From Planctomycetota bacterium (lineage in GTDB: Bacteria; Planctomycetota; Planctomycetia; Pirellulales; Lacipirellulaceae): 51,753 nucleotides of DNA. Shown piece after piece: positions 10,599 through 18,554 of this stretch (position 1 is the stretch's first letter; the number at the start of each line of letters is the position of its first letter). Below the pieces are notes generated by a model. The model worked only from the letters and a program-made list of their open reading frames with translations, had not been told where the DNA came from and did no database searches. Location of the stretch: assembly GCA_039190745.1 (NCBI GenBank), contig JBCCXZ010000024.1, positions 1 to 51,753 on the forward strand, given 5' to 3'. The position numbers and the translations under genes are program-made.

Positions 10599-10712
10599 TC
10601 CGTTCCTAGCCGTCGACCTACGCGTCGACGGAACCCGATACCAACCCCCAACCCCGCGAAGAAGACCACACGGATTTTCGTTGAAATTGGGCCAGCAACT
10701 CTGCTAGACAAG
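10599..10712 (+). repeat. 114-bp direct repeat, copy 1 (REP-B hairpin + TTGAAA-N18-TAGACA promoter-like end)
   Basis: 104/114 identical by hand alignment to 11837-11950. Confidence 0.92.
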
Positions 10713-10716
10713 CTTT

Positions 10717-11847
10717 ATGCCCCCGCCTCGAACTCCACCCGCTTGCGGCCAGCCCAAGCTCCACATCGTCTTACCCATTCTGACTGCGTCAGTAGGAGCG
10801 TGCCTGGCCTCCTGCGACAGCCAAGCTGTTGCAGGCTTGGTAGACGAGCGTCCTTGGGTAGAGAAATCCGCGGACGGAAGACTCTTGCTCGCCATGCTCG
10901 ACTCACCCGACCCAGATCGGTTTGAGTTACCCATTTCCAGTGACACGAGGAAGCTGTTCCCAAAAAACGGCATCTACAGAAAAGGGCCTTCTGGGTGGAA
11001 ACTCGATTGGGTCTTGCCCTACCGCCCGCCTTGCTACGGGGTCGAGTTCTCCCAAGACGGAAAAAGCGTCCTCCTCTACCGGGACGACACGACACACACT
11101 GTCAGCAACATCCCAGTGGGAGCGTTCCTAGACTTCTACCATTCGAACGGCGAGAACAGGCTGTGGCAGGAATGGGACATGACTTGGGGGTGGTTTCTAA
11201 AAGCAGCACTAAACCGTTTGCTCAACCAGCCGACCCATCTGGAATGGACAACCGCCAATCGCATTCCTTCGTCTGATGAGTTCTTGGTGAAGACAAACCA
11301 AGGCGAAGAGTTCGTGTTCGATCTTCGAACCGGCGACCTGATCCGCAGCCGCTCAACCTGGAGCCGAGCCGCGTTGTTGCTGGGAGTCGCAACACTCGCG
11401 ATGACTCTGTTCCTCTCAAGGCCCAGAGCTAGAGCAATTGAGCCTCAATCCAAGATGCATTATGGCTTTGCCGTAGGGGAACTCCTAGCAACCACGACGA
11501 TGGTCGCAATCCTCATGGTAATCGGCTCACAGTCCCTCAAGTTGCTTGGCCTTGCTTTGGCGGCCGCTTGTTCTGGAGGCCTCCTGGCCCTTCCGCTCTC
11601 ATTGACTCGAAGAGCCGCAATGCTTGGTTCCATCCTGAGCGTCTGTTACGCATCCCTGAGCCTGATCTTTTCGAGCATGATCTGCGAACCACTACTCTGG
11701 GAGCTGAAGCGTATTCATGACGGTGAGGTTCTCGGCGTGTTCCTGACAGCCATCTTCATTGGCGTACTCATCGGAGCGATCTTGGGAGGCTTGATCGCAA
11801 GAAGCAACCAGCCTATCTGCCCAGAACCTCAGGCAATCCGTTCCTAG
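10717..11847 (+). CDS. Hypothetical membrane protein (soluble N-terminal domain + about 5 C-terminal TM helices)
   Basis: 376-aa ORF with atypical AT-richer codon use; stop TAG lies inside repeat copy 2. Confidence 0.65.
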   Translation: MPPPRTPPACGQPKLHIVLPILTASVGACLASCDSQAVAGLVDERPWVEKSADGRLLLAMLDSPDPDRFELPISSDTRKLFPKNGIYRKGPSGWKLDWVLPYRPPCYGVEFSQDGKSVLLYRDDTTHTVSNIPVGAFLDFYHSNGENRLWQEWDMTWGWFLKAALNRLLNQPTHLEWTTANRIPSSDEFLVKTNQGEEFVFDLRTGDLIRSRSTWSRAALLLGVATLAMTLFLSRPRARAIEPQSKMHYGFAVGELLATTTMVAILMVIGSQSLKLLGLALAAACSGGLLALPLSLTRRAAMLGSILSVCYASLSLIFSSMICEPLLWELKRIHDGEVLGVFLTAIFIGVLIGAILGGLIARSNQPICPEPQAIRS

Positions 11848-12193
11848 CCGTCGACCTACGCGTCGACGGCCGCCAAAACCAGCCTCCAACCCCGCAAAGA
11901 AATCCACACGGATTTTCGTTGAAATTGGGCCAGCAACTCTGCTAGACAAGAGGCTGCAGACGAGAAGCAGCTCGCTACAAGGGATGGGCCATTCAGCAGC
12001 CCATCTGCGTCCATCCGCGTTCATCAACCCCGCTTCTGACCGCGAAAACTCAACACAAACGAACGCAAACTCGAAAAGTTAAGACCGGTGCGATCCCAGC
12101 AAACACCGAAGAACAAAAAGCGCACGAAAAAGACCCGCGACAAAACGCCCGACTTTTGGCGTATCGCCGCGTCTAGCTGTTTTCGTGCCCAAA
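11837..12193 (+). repeat. ~357-bp composite non-coding element; first 114 bp form direct repeat copy 2
   Basis: Colinear homology to 18151-18513 (-): REP-B, GTTGAAAWTGGGCCAG, ATCYGCGTYC repeats, TTCTGACC, AAAACTC, AACGAACG and a 58-bp 3' block with 54/58 identity. Confidence 0.88.
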
Positions 12194-12209
12194 CGACAGA
12201 AGTCGAGCG

Positions 12210-12485
12210 TCACGCCGAGAGCGTCCCCTCGAAGCCCATCGCGTGGAACGCGTCCACACGCAGCGGCTCGGTTATCTTCACCGCAGAGATCGCCTCGAAG
12301 CCCAACATGATGAACCGTGCCCCCAACGCATCGGGGTTCGACCGCTCGAACAGCACCATGTCGCCCGAAAGCAGGAAGCTCTTGAACGGGTTCGCCTCGC
12401 CGTGCGTATCCGTCACGATCCCCTTCCGGGGCACCTGCTCCGGCCAACCCTTGAAGAACTTCGTCCAGTTCGTCGTCTCCGCCAC
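12210..12485 (-). CDS. Small conserved-looking hypothetical protein (91 aa)
   Basis: GTG start with GGAGAG RBS; host-like codon use. Confidence 0.75.
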   Translation of the reverse strand: MAETTNWTKFFKGWPEQVPRKGIVTDTHGEANPFKSFLLSGDMVLFERSNPDALGARFIMLGFEAISAVKITEPLRVDAFHAMGFEGTLSA

Positions 12486-12650
12486 GGCAGCTCTCCCAAT
12501 AGCGACTCAGATCTGGCCCGCGGCCGGGCCGCCACTTAGAAGTCTAGCCCACTCCTAACCATAGGCTTGCCAAGGCCCCAAGACCCCGCCATGCTCTAGA
12601 AACGCCGGCTCGAGAAGCCATGTAATCCCAGCACCTTCGGGGAGCCACTG

Positions 12651-13013
12651 ATGGCCATCCACACCTCCTCCCAAGACGGCGTCCTCACCATCCGCCTCCT
12701 CGACGAGCGGCTCATCGACCAGGCCCAGATCCAGCGGCTCGTCGACGACGTCACCGCAGCCCTGGGCAAGAGCGAAGAAGAGAACATCGTCCTCGACTTC
12801 TCCCAGGTCCAGTTCATGGCCTCCGCCATGCTCGGCAAGCTCGTGCAGCTCAATAAAAAGAGCAAGGAGTGGAAAGCCAAGCTCAAGCTCTGCAGCATCT
12901 CGCCGGACATCTACGAGGTCTTCAAAATCACCAAACTCCACAAGGTGTTCGACATCGAGAAAGACGAGGAGGCCGCCCGCAAGGCGTTCCAGAAGCGCGG
13001 TTTGTTCCGGTAG
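12651..13013 (+). CDS. STAS-domain anti-sigma factor antagonist
   Basis: LDFSQVQFMASAMLGKL motif and ..EVFKITKL; GGAG RBS. Confidence 0.92.
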   Translation: MAIHTSSQDGVLTIRLLDERLIDQAQIQRLVDDVTAALGKSEEENIVLDFSQVQFMASAMLGKLVQLNKKSKEWKAKLKLCSISPDIYEVFKITKLHKVFDIEKDEEAARKAFQKRGLFR

Positions 13014-13102
13014 TGACGGCCCGACTAGGCCCGACAAGCAACGTACACTTGCGGCGCACCAAACCCGGAATCAACCCCGCAACACCCGACGGGCCGCAAG
13101 CC

Positions 13103-13705
13103 ATGCCCTACGCCGCAATCCTCACCGCCGCCGTCAAAGCCGCCGCGGTCGCCGTCATCTCGCTCGCCGCAGCCGTGGCCGCCGCTGAACATCCCGTTTA
13201 CCGCATCGCACCGCTTGAGCCCAGCCAAGTTGTCGAAGTACCCAAGAGCGAAATCAAAGAAGGCCTAATCTACCGCTACTACAACGAGAAGCTGGATAGA
13301 TCCGTTTGGGGCATCGCCCAAGCCGACGGCTCGTTCCGCTACGCCCTCGGCCCCGGCAGCGTCCAACCGGTCGAGCGATTCGACCTGAGACTCACCGAAG
13401 AAGAACGCTCCCGCATCGTCAACGACAACGCGCCGGGCCTAGAGGGCTACCTCGCGTCCACCGGCCGCACGCCGACGATCGTTCTCAACGACCAGCTCCG
13501 CTGGGAACTGGTGAAGACCGCCTCGATCTCAAAGGTCTACGACCTCGAAACGCACCGCCGCTGGGAATGGCATGGGAAGCGAAAGCTCTCGGTGCTCCAC
13601 AGTTCCGGAAACCGCTGGATCGCGGCGGGCGGAGACTACGCCCCGTTGGTCGACCCGCCGCACCTGCATTCGCTCTCGCCTAACCCCGCAGCCTGTTGCA
13701 ACTAG
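13103..13705 (+). CDS. Hypothetical secreted protein
   Basis: ATG 13103, Ala-rich signal peptide, directly upstream of dacB. Confidence 0.7.
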   Translation: MPYAAILTAAVKAAAVAVISLAAAVAAAEHPVYRIAPLEPSQVVEVPKSEIKEGLIYRYYNEKLDRSVWGIAQADGSFRYALGPGSVQPVERFDLRLTEEERSRIVNDNAPGLEGYLASTGRTPTIVLNDQLRWELVKTASISKVYDLETHRRWEWHGKRKLSVLHSSGNRWIAAGGDYAPLVDPPHLHSLSPNPAACCN

Positions 13706-13723
13706 CGACTCTCCCGAGCCCCA

Positions 13724-15139
13724 ATGCACCGAACCGTCCTCCCCGCGGTCGCCATCTCTCTCCTGCTATGCACCCCGGCGACCGGCCAGCCGCTCGCGGC
13801 CGGCGGCCTCCGCGAGGCGTTAACTAAGCTCGTCGACAACCATCCGACAGCGCGCCGGACAACGGTCTGCCTGAAGGTCGTTGACCTCGAGACCGGTGAG
13901 GTCCTCTACGACCGCGGCGGCGACAGGCTGCTCGTCCCAGCGTCAAACCTAAAGATCTACACCACCGCCTGCGCACTGGACCGTTTCGGGCCGGACCGCC
14001 GATTCGAAACGAAACTGCAAATCCGTGGCGAGATGGTCGCGAGCGCGCTCACCGGCGAGATCGTGCTCGTAGGCGGCGGCGACGCGATGCTCAGCACCGC
14101 CGCCCTAGGCAAACTTGCCGACTGGGTCGCCAAGGAAGCCGGCGTCCGGAAACTTGTGGGCCGCGTACGAGCCGATCAGTCGCGTTACGCCTCCCCGCTC
14201 AAAGGGCCGGGCTGGATGTGGGACGACGAGCCGGACTACTACAACATGTCCGTTACCCCGCTGATGCTGGATTTCAACGTCCTGAGGGTCCGCCTGGAAT
14301 CGTCCGCGGGCGGCAAACCAACCGCTCGCCTCGTCCCGCCGGCAAGCTACCCGCCACTGAGTTGGTCGCACCAGGCAGGGTCGGCAAACAGTTGGATCGA
14401 CCGCGAACCTTTCACCGACGCTTTTTTGCTGAGCAATCCGAGCTCGCTCGAATCGTCACTCGAAGAGCGGGTCACCATGGATGATCCGTCGCCGTGGATC
14501 GAGTCGGTATTCAAACATCAATTGCAACCCCGCGTCATCGAGATTGAACATGCGGACCACTCTAGAGTTCTACCGTTTGTGAGTGAACATTCGCGCCCTG
14601 GCGCTTCGCTCGCGGAGACCGTCAAGCACTTCAACCGCGTCAGCGAGAACGCGGTCGGCGAGGTGCTGCTCCATGAGCTGGCAATCGACGCCGGCCGGGA
14701 ACAGCCAGCGTGGTCGGCCGGCGCCTCGGTCATCAGCGATTGGCTCGTCGGAGTTGCAGGATTAGAGCGAGGATCGTTCCGGCTCGTCGACGGTTCGGGG
14801 CTCTCTCGTTACAACCTGATTTCCGCCGACTCGTCGATCCGCCTTTTGCAGTACATGCACAAGCACCCGACCAGTTCCGTTTTCTACGAAGCATTGCCGA
14901 AATACGGAGTCGAGGTAGCGGCCCCGTCGGACTCCGAAAACAAAGAAGAACGGATCGCTGCGAAGCCGGGGGGGATGTCGAGCGTGTCGACCATCTCGGG
15001 TTACGCAGACACCCTCGGCGGCCGGAGGCTGGCTTTCTCGCTGCTGACAAACGGCTACATCGGATCGAACCGTCCAGTGATCGACCTACGCGGAAAGGTT
15101 TGGCAAACACTCGTCCGCTACCGCCCCAGTGACCAGTAG
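13724..15139 (+). CDS. dacB: D-Ala-D-Ala carboxypeptidase/endopeptidase, peptidase S13 (PBP4-like)
   Basis: PASNLK (SxxK), GGGD, SEN (SxN), DGSGLSRYN, KPG at the KTG position; signal peptide. Confidence 0.92.
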   Translation: MHRTVLPAVAISLLLCTPATGQPLAAGGLREALTKLVDNHPTARRTTVCLKVVDLETGEVLYDRGGDRLLVPASNLKIYTTACALDRFGPDRRFETKLQIRGEMVASALTGEIVLVGGGDAMLSTAALGKLADWVAKEAGVRKLVGRVRADQSRYASPLKGPGWMWDDEPDYYNMSVTPLMLDFNVLRVRLESSAGGKPTARLVPPASYPPLSWSHQAGSANSWIDREPFTDAFLLSNPSSLESSLEERVTMDDPSPWIESVFKHQLQPRVIEIEHADHSRVLPFVSEHSRPGASLAETVKHFNRVSENAVGEVLLHELAIDAGREQPAWSAGASVISDWLVGVAGLERGSFRLVDGSGLSRYNLISADSSIRLLQYMHKHPTSSVFYEALPKYGVEVAAPSDSENKEERIAAKPGGMSSVSTISGYADTLGGRRLAFSLLTNGYIGSNRPVIDLRGKVWQTLVRYRPSDQ

Positions 15140-15143
15140 CACC

Positions 15144-15845
15144 ATGCGATTTCTGTTGGCCTGTTTGGCCGCCTGCTTTGCGATTTCGATGACACCGATC
15201 CGACTGGTCGCCGCCGAGCGGGAAGAGGGCACTAGCCTCCCAGAAGGCTTCGTGTTTCTGGATGTTGCGGCGCCCACGATCGAGGTGGACCTGCGGTACT
15301 TCTCGAATCGGAATTTCGTTGGTAGCCGCGTTGATGGCTACGAAGTCGATCGTTGCATTGTGACGCAGGAAGCCGCCGAGGCGCTCGGTCGCGTACAGTC
15401 CGAGCTTTCGCCGCTCGGGCTGCGGCTGCTGGTGTTCGACGCCTATCGCCCTCAGCGTGCGGTCGACCACTTCGTGCGTTGGTCTCGGGCGCCGGAAGAC
15501 GACTCCACGAAGGCCGACTATTTCCCTGACTTCGGCCGTGGGGAGTTGTTTGATTTGGGCTACATCGCCGCTAAATCGGGGCATAGCCGGGGCAGCACAG
15601 TCGATCTTACCCTCGACGCCGCCGATGGTTCGGGCGAGTTGGACATGGGCGGCCCGTTCGACTTCTTCGGCGAACGCTCCGGCCACGACTACCGCGGGGC
15701 GACCTCTCAGCAGCGTGCGAATCGCTTGCTGTTGCGCACGCTGATGGAGAAGCACCGGTTCCGGGCCTACTCGAAGGAATGGTGGCACTATACGCTGGTG
15801 GACGAGCCCTTCCCGAACACCTACTTCGATTTCCCCATCCGATGA
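15144..15845 (+). CDS. ddpX: D-Ala-D-Ala dipeptidase (M15D, VanX/DdpX family) with signal peptide
   Basis: NFVG, DAYRP, SGHSRGSTVD, DMG..FDFF and EWWHY motifs. Confidence 0.93.
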   Translation: MRFLLACLAACFAISMTPIRLVAAEREEGTSLPEGFVFLDVAAPTIEVDLRYFSNRNFVGSRVDGYEVDRCIVTQEAAEALGRVQSELSPLGLRLLVFDAYRPQRAVDHFVRWSRAPEDDSTKADYFPDFGRGELFDLGYIAAKSGHSRGSTVDLTLDAADGSGELDMGGPFDFFGERSGHDYRGATSQQRANRLLLRTLMEKHRFRAYSKEWWHYTLVDEPFPNTYFDFPIR

Positions 15846-17047
15846 ATACGCAGATGACGTTTCTCCGCAGCCAAGTTGTCTGGGTTGGTTTCTTGGCATC
15901 TTTACTCGCCTTGTGTCTGGTGAGTGACCAGGGCCAAGCCAACGACAGCGGCCCCGCGATCGCGGCGGAGCCTGAGGTTGACTCGCGATTGGTCGCCTTG
16001 GCGAAGCGGGTGGAACCGGAGTTGGCTGGTCGCGAAGCGCTGCTGTCCCATTACGTCGACTACTACCGGCGATCGATGGTGAACGACACCCGGCTGGTGG
16101 CGTTCAACGTAACGGCCTTGGCAGACGGCGACGGGGGCGTGACCCTCGGGGGTTACTGCGAGTTCGAAGAATCTCGCCAGGGGGTTGAGGGGTATTTGGC
16201 GGCGATGGGCTTCGACCGCATCGAGAACGAGATCGAAATCGTACCTTCCGCTTCCTTGGGCGAACAACGGTTCGCGGTCGTGAAGGTCGAGAGCACACTG
16301 AGCTACGCCTCGCCGGATGAAGGTGAGGTGGTGACCGACTGCCTGCTCGGGGAGCCGCTGTTTTTGCTCTCTGCGACGGCCGGGCACTTCCTGGCCCACA
16401 GCGGCGAGGGTTACCTGGGGTACATCCGGGTGGCCGACGTCGAGCGGCTGAGCGAGGCCGAGTTCACCCAGTACCTGAGCGGTCCGACGGTCGTGATGAA
16501 GCAGGACCTGGAGGACGAGGGCGTTCTGCTGCCGACCGGCGGGCGTCTGAGGTTGGTTTCGCACAGCGACGGCGGGGTAACCGCCGAGCTGCCCGGAGCC
16601 GGTGAGTTTGGTTTCGCGGATTCGTACTGCGAGATCAGCCGCGAAGCTGCGCCGTGGGCGCCGGGCGTCATTGAGGCGGCGTCGGCGATGCGGGGGACGC
16701 CCTACCTCTGGGGCGGGAAGACCGCGAAGGGGGTCGACTGCTCCGGGCTGGTGCAGGTGGCGTTTGCCGGCTCTGGGGTCAGCGTGCCGCGGGACGCGGA
16801 TCAGCAGTTCAACGTGGGCCAGCTGACGGCCACGCGTTGGTGCCGCGGCGGGATGCGGGCCGGCGACACGATGTACTTCATCAATGATTACGGCAAGATC
16901 AGCCACACGGCGATCTACCTGGGCGGCGATCGTTACTTGCACGCCCAGATGCCGGAGGTTGGGGTCAACAGTCTGGACCCAGCGGACCCTACCTACCTCG
17001 AGAATCGCGACCTGACGTTCGTGTTCGCGAAGCGGTTTCTCGACTGA
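15842..17047 (+). CDS. NlpC/P60 (C40) peptidase with BON-like and SH3-like N-terminal modules (YkfC/dipeptidyl peptidase VI-like)
   Basis: PYLWGG..GVDCSG, PRDADQQ, HTAIYLG and YLHA motifs; ATGA overlap with ddpX stop. Confidence 0.9.
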   Translation: MNTQMTFLRSQVVWVGFLASLLALCLVSDQGQANDSGPAIAAEPEVDSRLVALAKRVEPELAGREALLSHYVDYYRRSMVNDTRLVAFNVTALADGDGGVTLGGYCEFEESRQGVEGYLAAMGFDRIENEIEIVPSASLGEQRFAVVKVESTLSYASPDEGEVVTDCLLGEPLFLLSATAGHFLAHSGEGYLGYIRVADVERLSEAEFTQYLSGPTVVMKQDLEDEGVLLPTGGRLRLVSHSDGGVTAELPGAGEFGFADSYCEISREAAPWAPGVIEAASAMRGTPYLWGGKTAKGVDCSGLVQVAFAGSGVSVPRDADQQFNVGQLTATRWCRGGMRAGDTMYFINDYGKISHTAIYLGGDRYLHAQMPEVGVNSLDPADPTYLENRDLTFVFAKRFLD

Positions 17048-17152
17048 CTTCCGGGCCACGGATCGGCCTTCTTGCTGCCCGTCCGGCCTCTGCCGGGCGT
17101 GGTCTTCCTGCCTTTGCTCTTTGAGCTCCCACCTTGTGATTGGAAGGATCTT

Positions 17153-18091
17153 ATGTGTGCTTTGGATTTCCCCGGTCGGCTGGTTAGCTGGTCGCTGATG
17201 TTGTGTTGTGTGTTCGTTGCCCCGGCCCGCGGCGAGGCGGGGCCGGACGCGGTTGAGGTTTCCGCGATTGAGGTTCCTGCGTCTGACCCGGCGACCGTCG
17301 AAGTCGGCGTGGTGCGTTGGTTGACTTCGTACACCGAGGCCTACGCCGCGGCTCAAGAATCCCGGCAGATGCTGTTGATTAACTTTGTGCCGCTGGGCGA
17401 GAGCTCGCAGCAGAGTTCTTTGGAGGCGAAGATCGCTGCGGATGAGTCGCTGCGTGAGCGGCTCGGCGGGTTCACGCTGTTGCGGTTGCAGGACGAGACG
17501 CCCGGCGAAGGCCCGGCTTCGCGGCTGCTGGGCCACGCGGCGTTCTCGCCGATGAAGGGCGACTCGGGCGTCGCGGTGTTGGACCTGGCCAGCCAAGGCG
17601 AGGAGTACTCCGGGCGGGTCGTGAGTGCTTTCCCGTACCGCTCGGGGAAGTACTACCGGTGGCAGTGCGATTACCTGCCGGTGATCCTGGGGCTGCCGCA
17701 GGGGACGCTCTCGCAGCGGACGATGGTGTGGGCCGTGCGGGTGCACCCGGAACGTCCCGCGAGCACGGGCGGCGAGATGCACCCGGGGATCGCGGACGCG
17801 GCGGGGCGGCACTCGGCTTACCAGGCGAGCATCCGGAACCAGGGGCACCACAACTGGGGCCGGCGTTCGGGTGAGATTCAGTCGATGGCCGGGACGTTCA
17901 AGGCCGTGGAGGTCGTGGCGGAGAGCTGGCCGAACCAGGACTTGATCGACTCGTGCCTGGACTGCGTGGCGAGCTGGCGGCACTCGTCGGGCCATTGGGG
18001 CGCGGTCCGCAGCCCGCACCGGCTGTACGGCTACGACATCCGCCGGGGGAGCAACGGGATCTGGTACGGGACGGGGATCTTTGCGGACTGA
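17153..18091 (+). CDS. Secreted protein: thioredoxin-like N-domain (no CxxC) + CAP/SCP-like C-domain
   Basis: WLTSY..A...A....MLLINF; C-terminal A..HS..Q..GHH, EVVAE, W..S.GH and G.WY pattern. Confidence 0.7.
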   Translation: MCALDFPGRLVSWSLMLCCVFVAPARGEAGPDAVEVSAIEVPASDPATVEVGVVRWLTSYTEAYAAAQESRQMLLINFVPLGESSQQSSLEAKIAADESLRERLGGFTLLRLQDETPGEGPASRLLGHAAFSPMKGDSGVAVLDLASQGEEYSGRVVSAFPYRSGKYYRWQCDYLPVILGLPQGTLSQRTMVWAVRVHPERPASTGGEMHPGIADAAGRHSAYQASIRNQGHHNWGRRSGEIQSMAGTFKAVEVVAESWPNQDLIDSCLDCVASWRHSSGHWGAVRSPHRLYGYDIRRGSNGIWYGTGIFAD

Positions 18092-18150
18092 GCCCCTAAC
18101 TGAGCCCCCAACTGGGCCCGTCGGCTGAGGTCGGTGGGCCTGGTTTTGTC

Positions 18151-18513
18151 TTTGGGCACGAAAACGGGTACACGCGGCGATACGCCAAAAGTCGGGCGTA
18201 TTGTCGCGTGTTTTTTGTTGGGGCTCCTTGTTTCTTAGGGCGGGCCGGCTTGGCATGGGACTAAATGGGGGTGACTTTACGTTCGTTGTTGGCGAGTTTT
18301 TGGGGTCAGAAAGGAAACAGCCACAGATGGACGCGGATGAACGCTGATGACGGAAGAATCATAGGGCGGGGGACTCTGAAGTAAGACCATAATAGTGTTC
18401 TCTTGTATACTCCATGGACTGGCCCATTTTCAACGGAAAAGTGCTTCGCAGAGCGGGCGGCGCAGCGCGTATCGGCGAGGCAGACGCCGACGCGTAGGTC
18501 GGCGGCTAGGAAC
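18151..18513 (-). repeat. Second full copy of the composite non-coding element
   Basis: Reverse complement aligns colinearly with 11837-12193; lies between convergent genes. Confidence 0.88.
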
Positions 18514-18554
18514 TTTTTGGAGGATCGGAACGCGTCGAAGAGAGGTCGCTGAGG

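Noticed and set aside
10599..11950. Classical integron cassette with attC sites
   Set aside because: No RYYYAAC...GTTRRRY R-box arrangement was seen in the repeats, and the island integrase shows no evident IntI features
12088..12193. Shared peptide KTRD.TPDFWRIAA in two ORF-track entries as a protein family
   Set aside because: It merely reflects the conserved DNA block; both ORFs run antisense into real genes and lack a common start
15144..15845. Vancomycin resistance cluster (vanX)
   Set aside because: No vanA/vanH/vanRS; the context is peptidoglycan peptide turnover
18087..18120. Tandem 12-mer ACTGAGCCCCTA-like x~3 at a gene end
   Set aside because: Short, degenerate and at a single locus; likely a slippage duplication
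15902..18256. 784-aa minus-strand ORF and similar long shadow ORFs (4282-5574, 30823-32628, 33231-34538, 36670-37812)
   Set aside because: Antisense to well-supported genes in high-GC DNA; Arg/Pro/Gly-rich with no motifs
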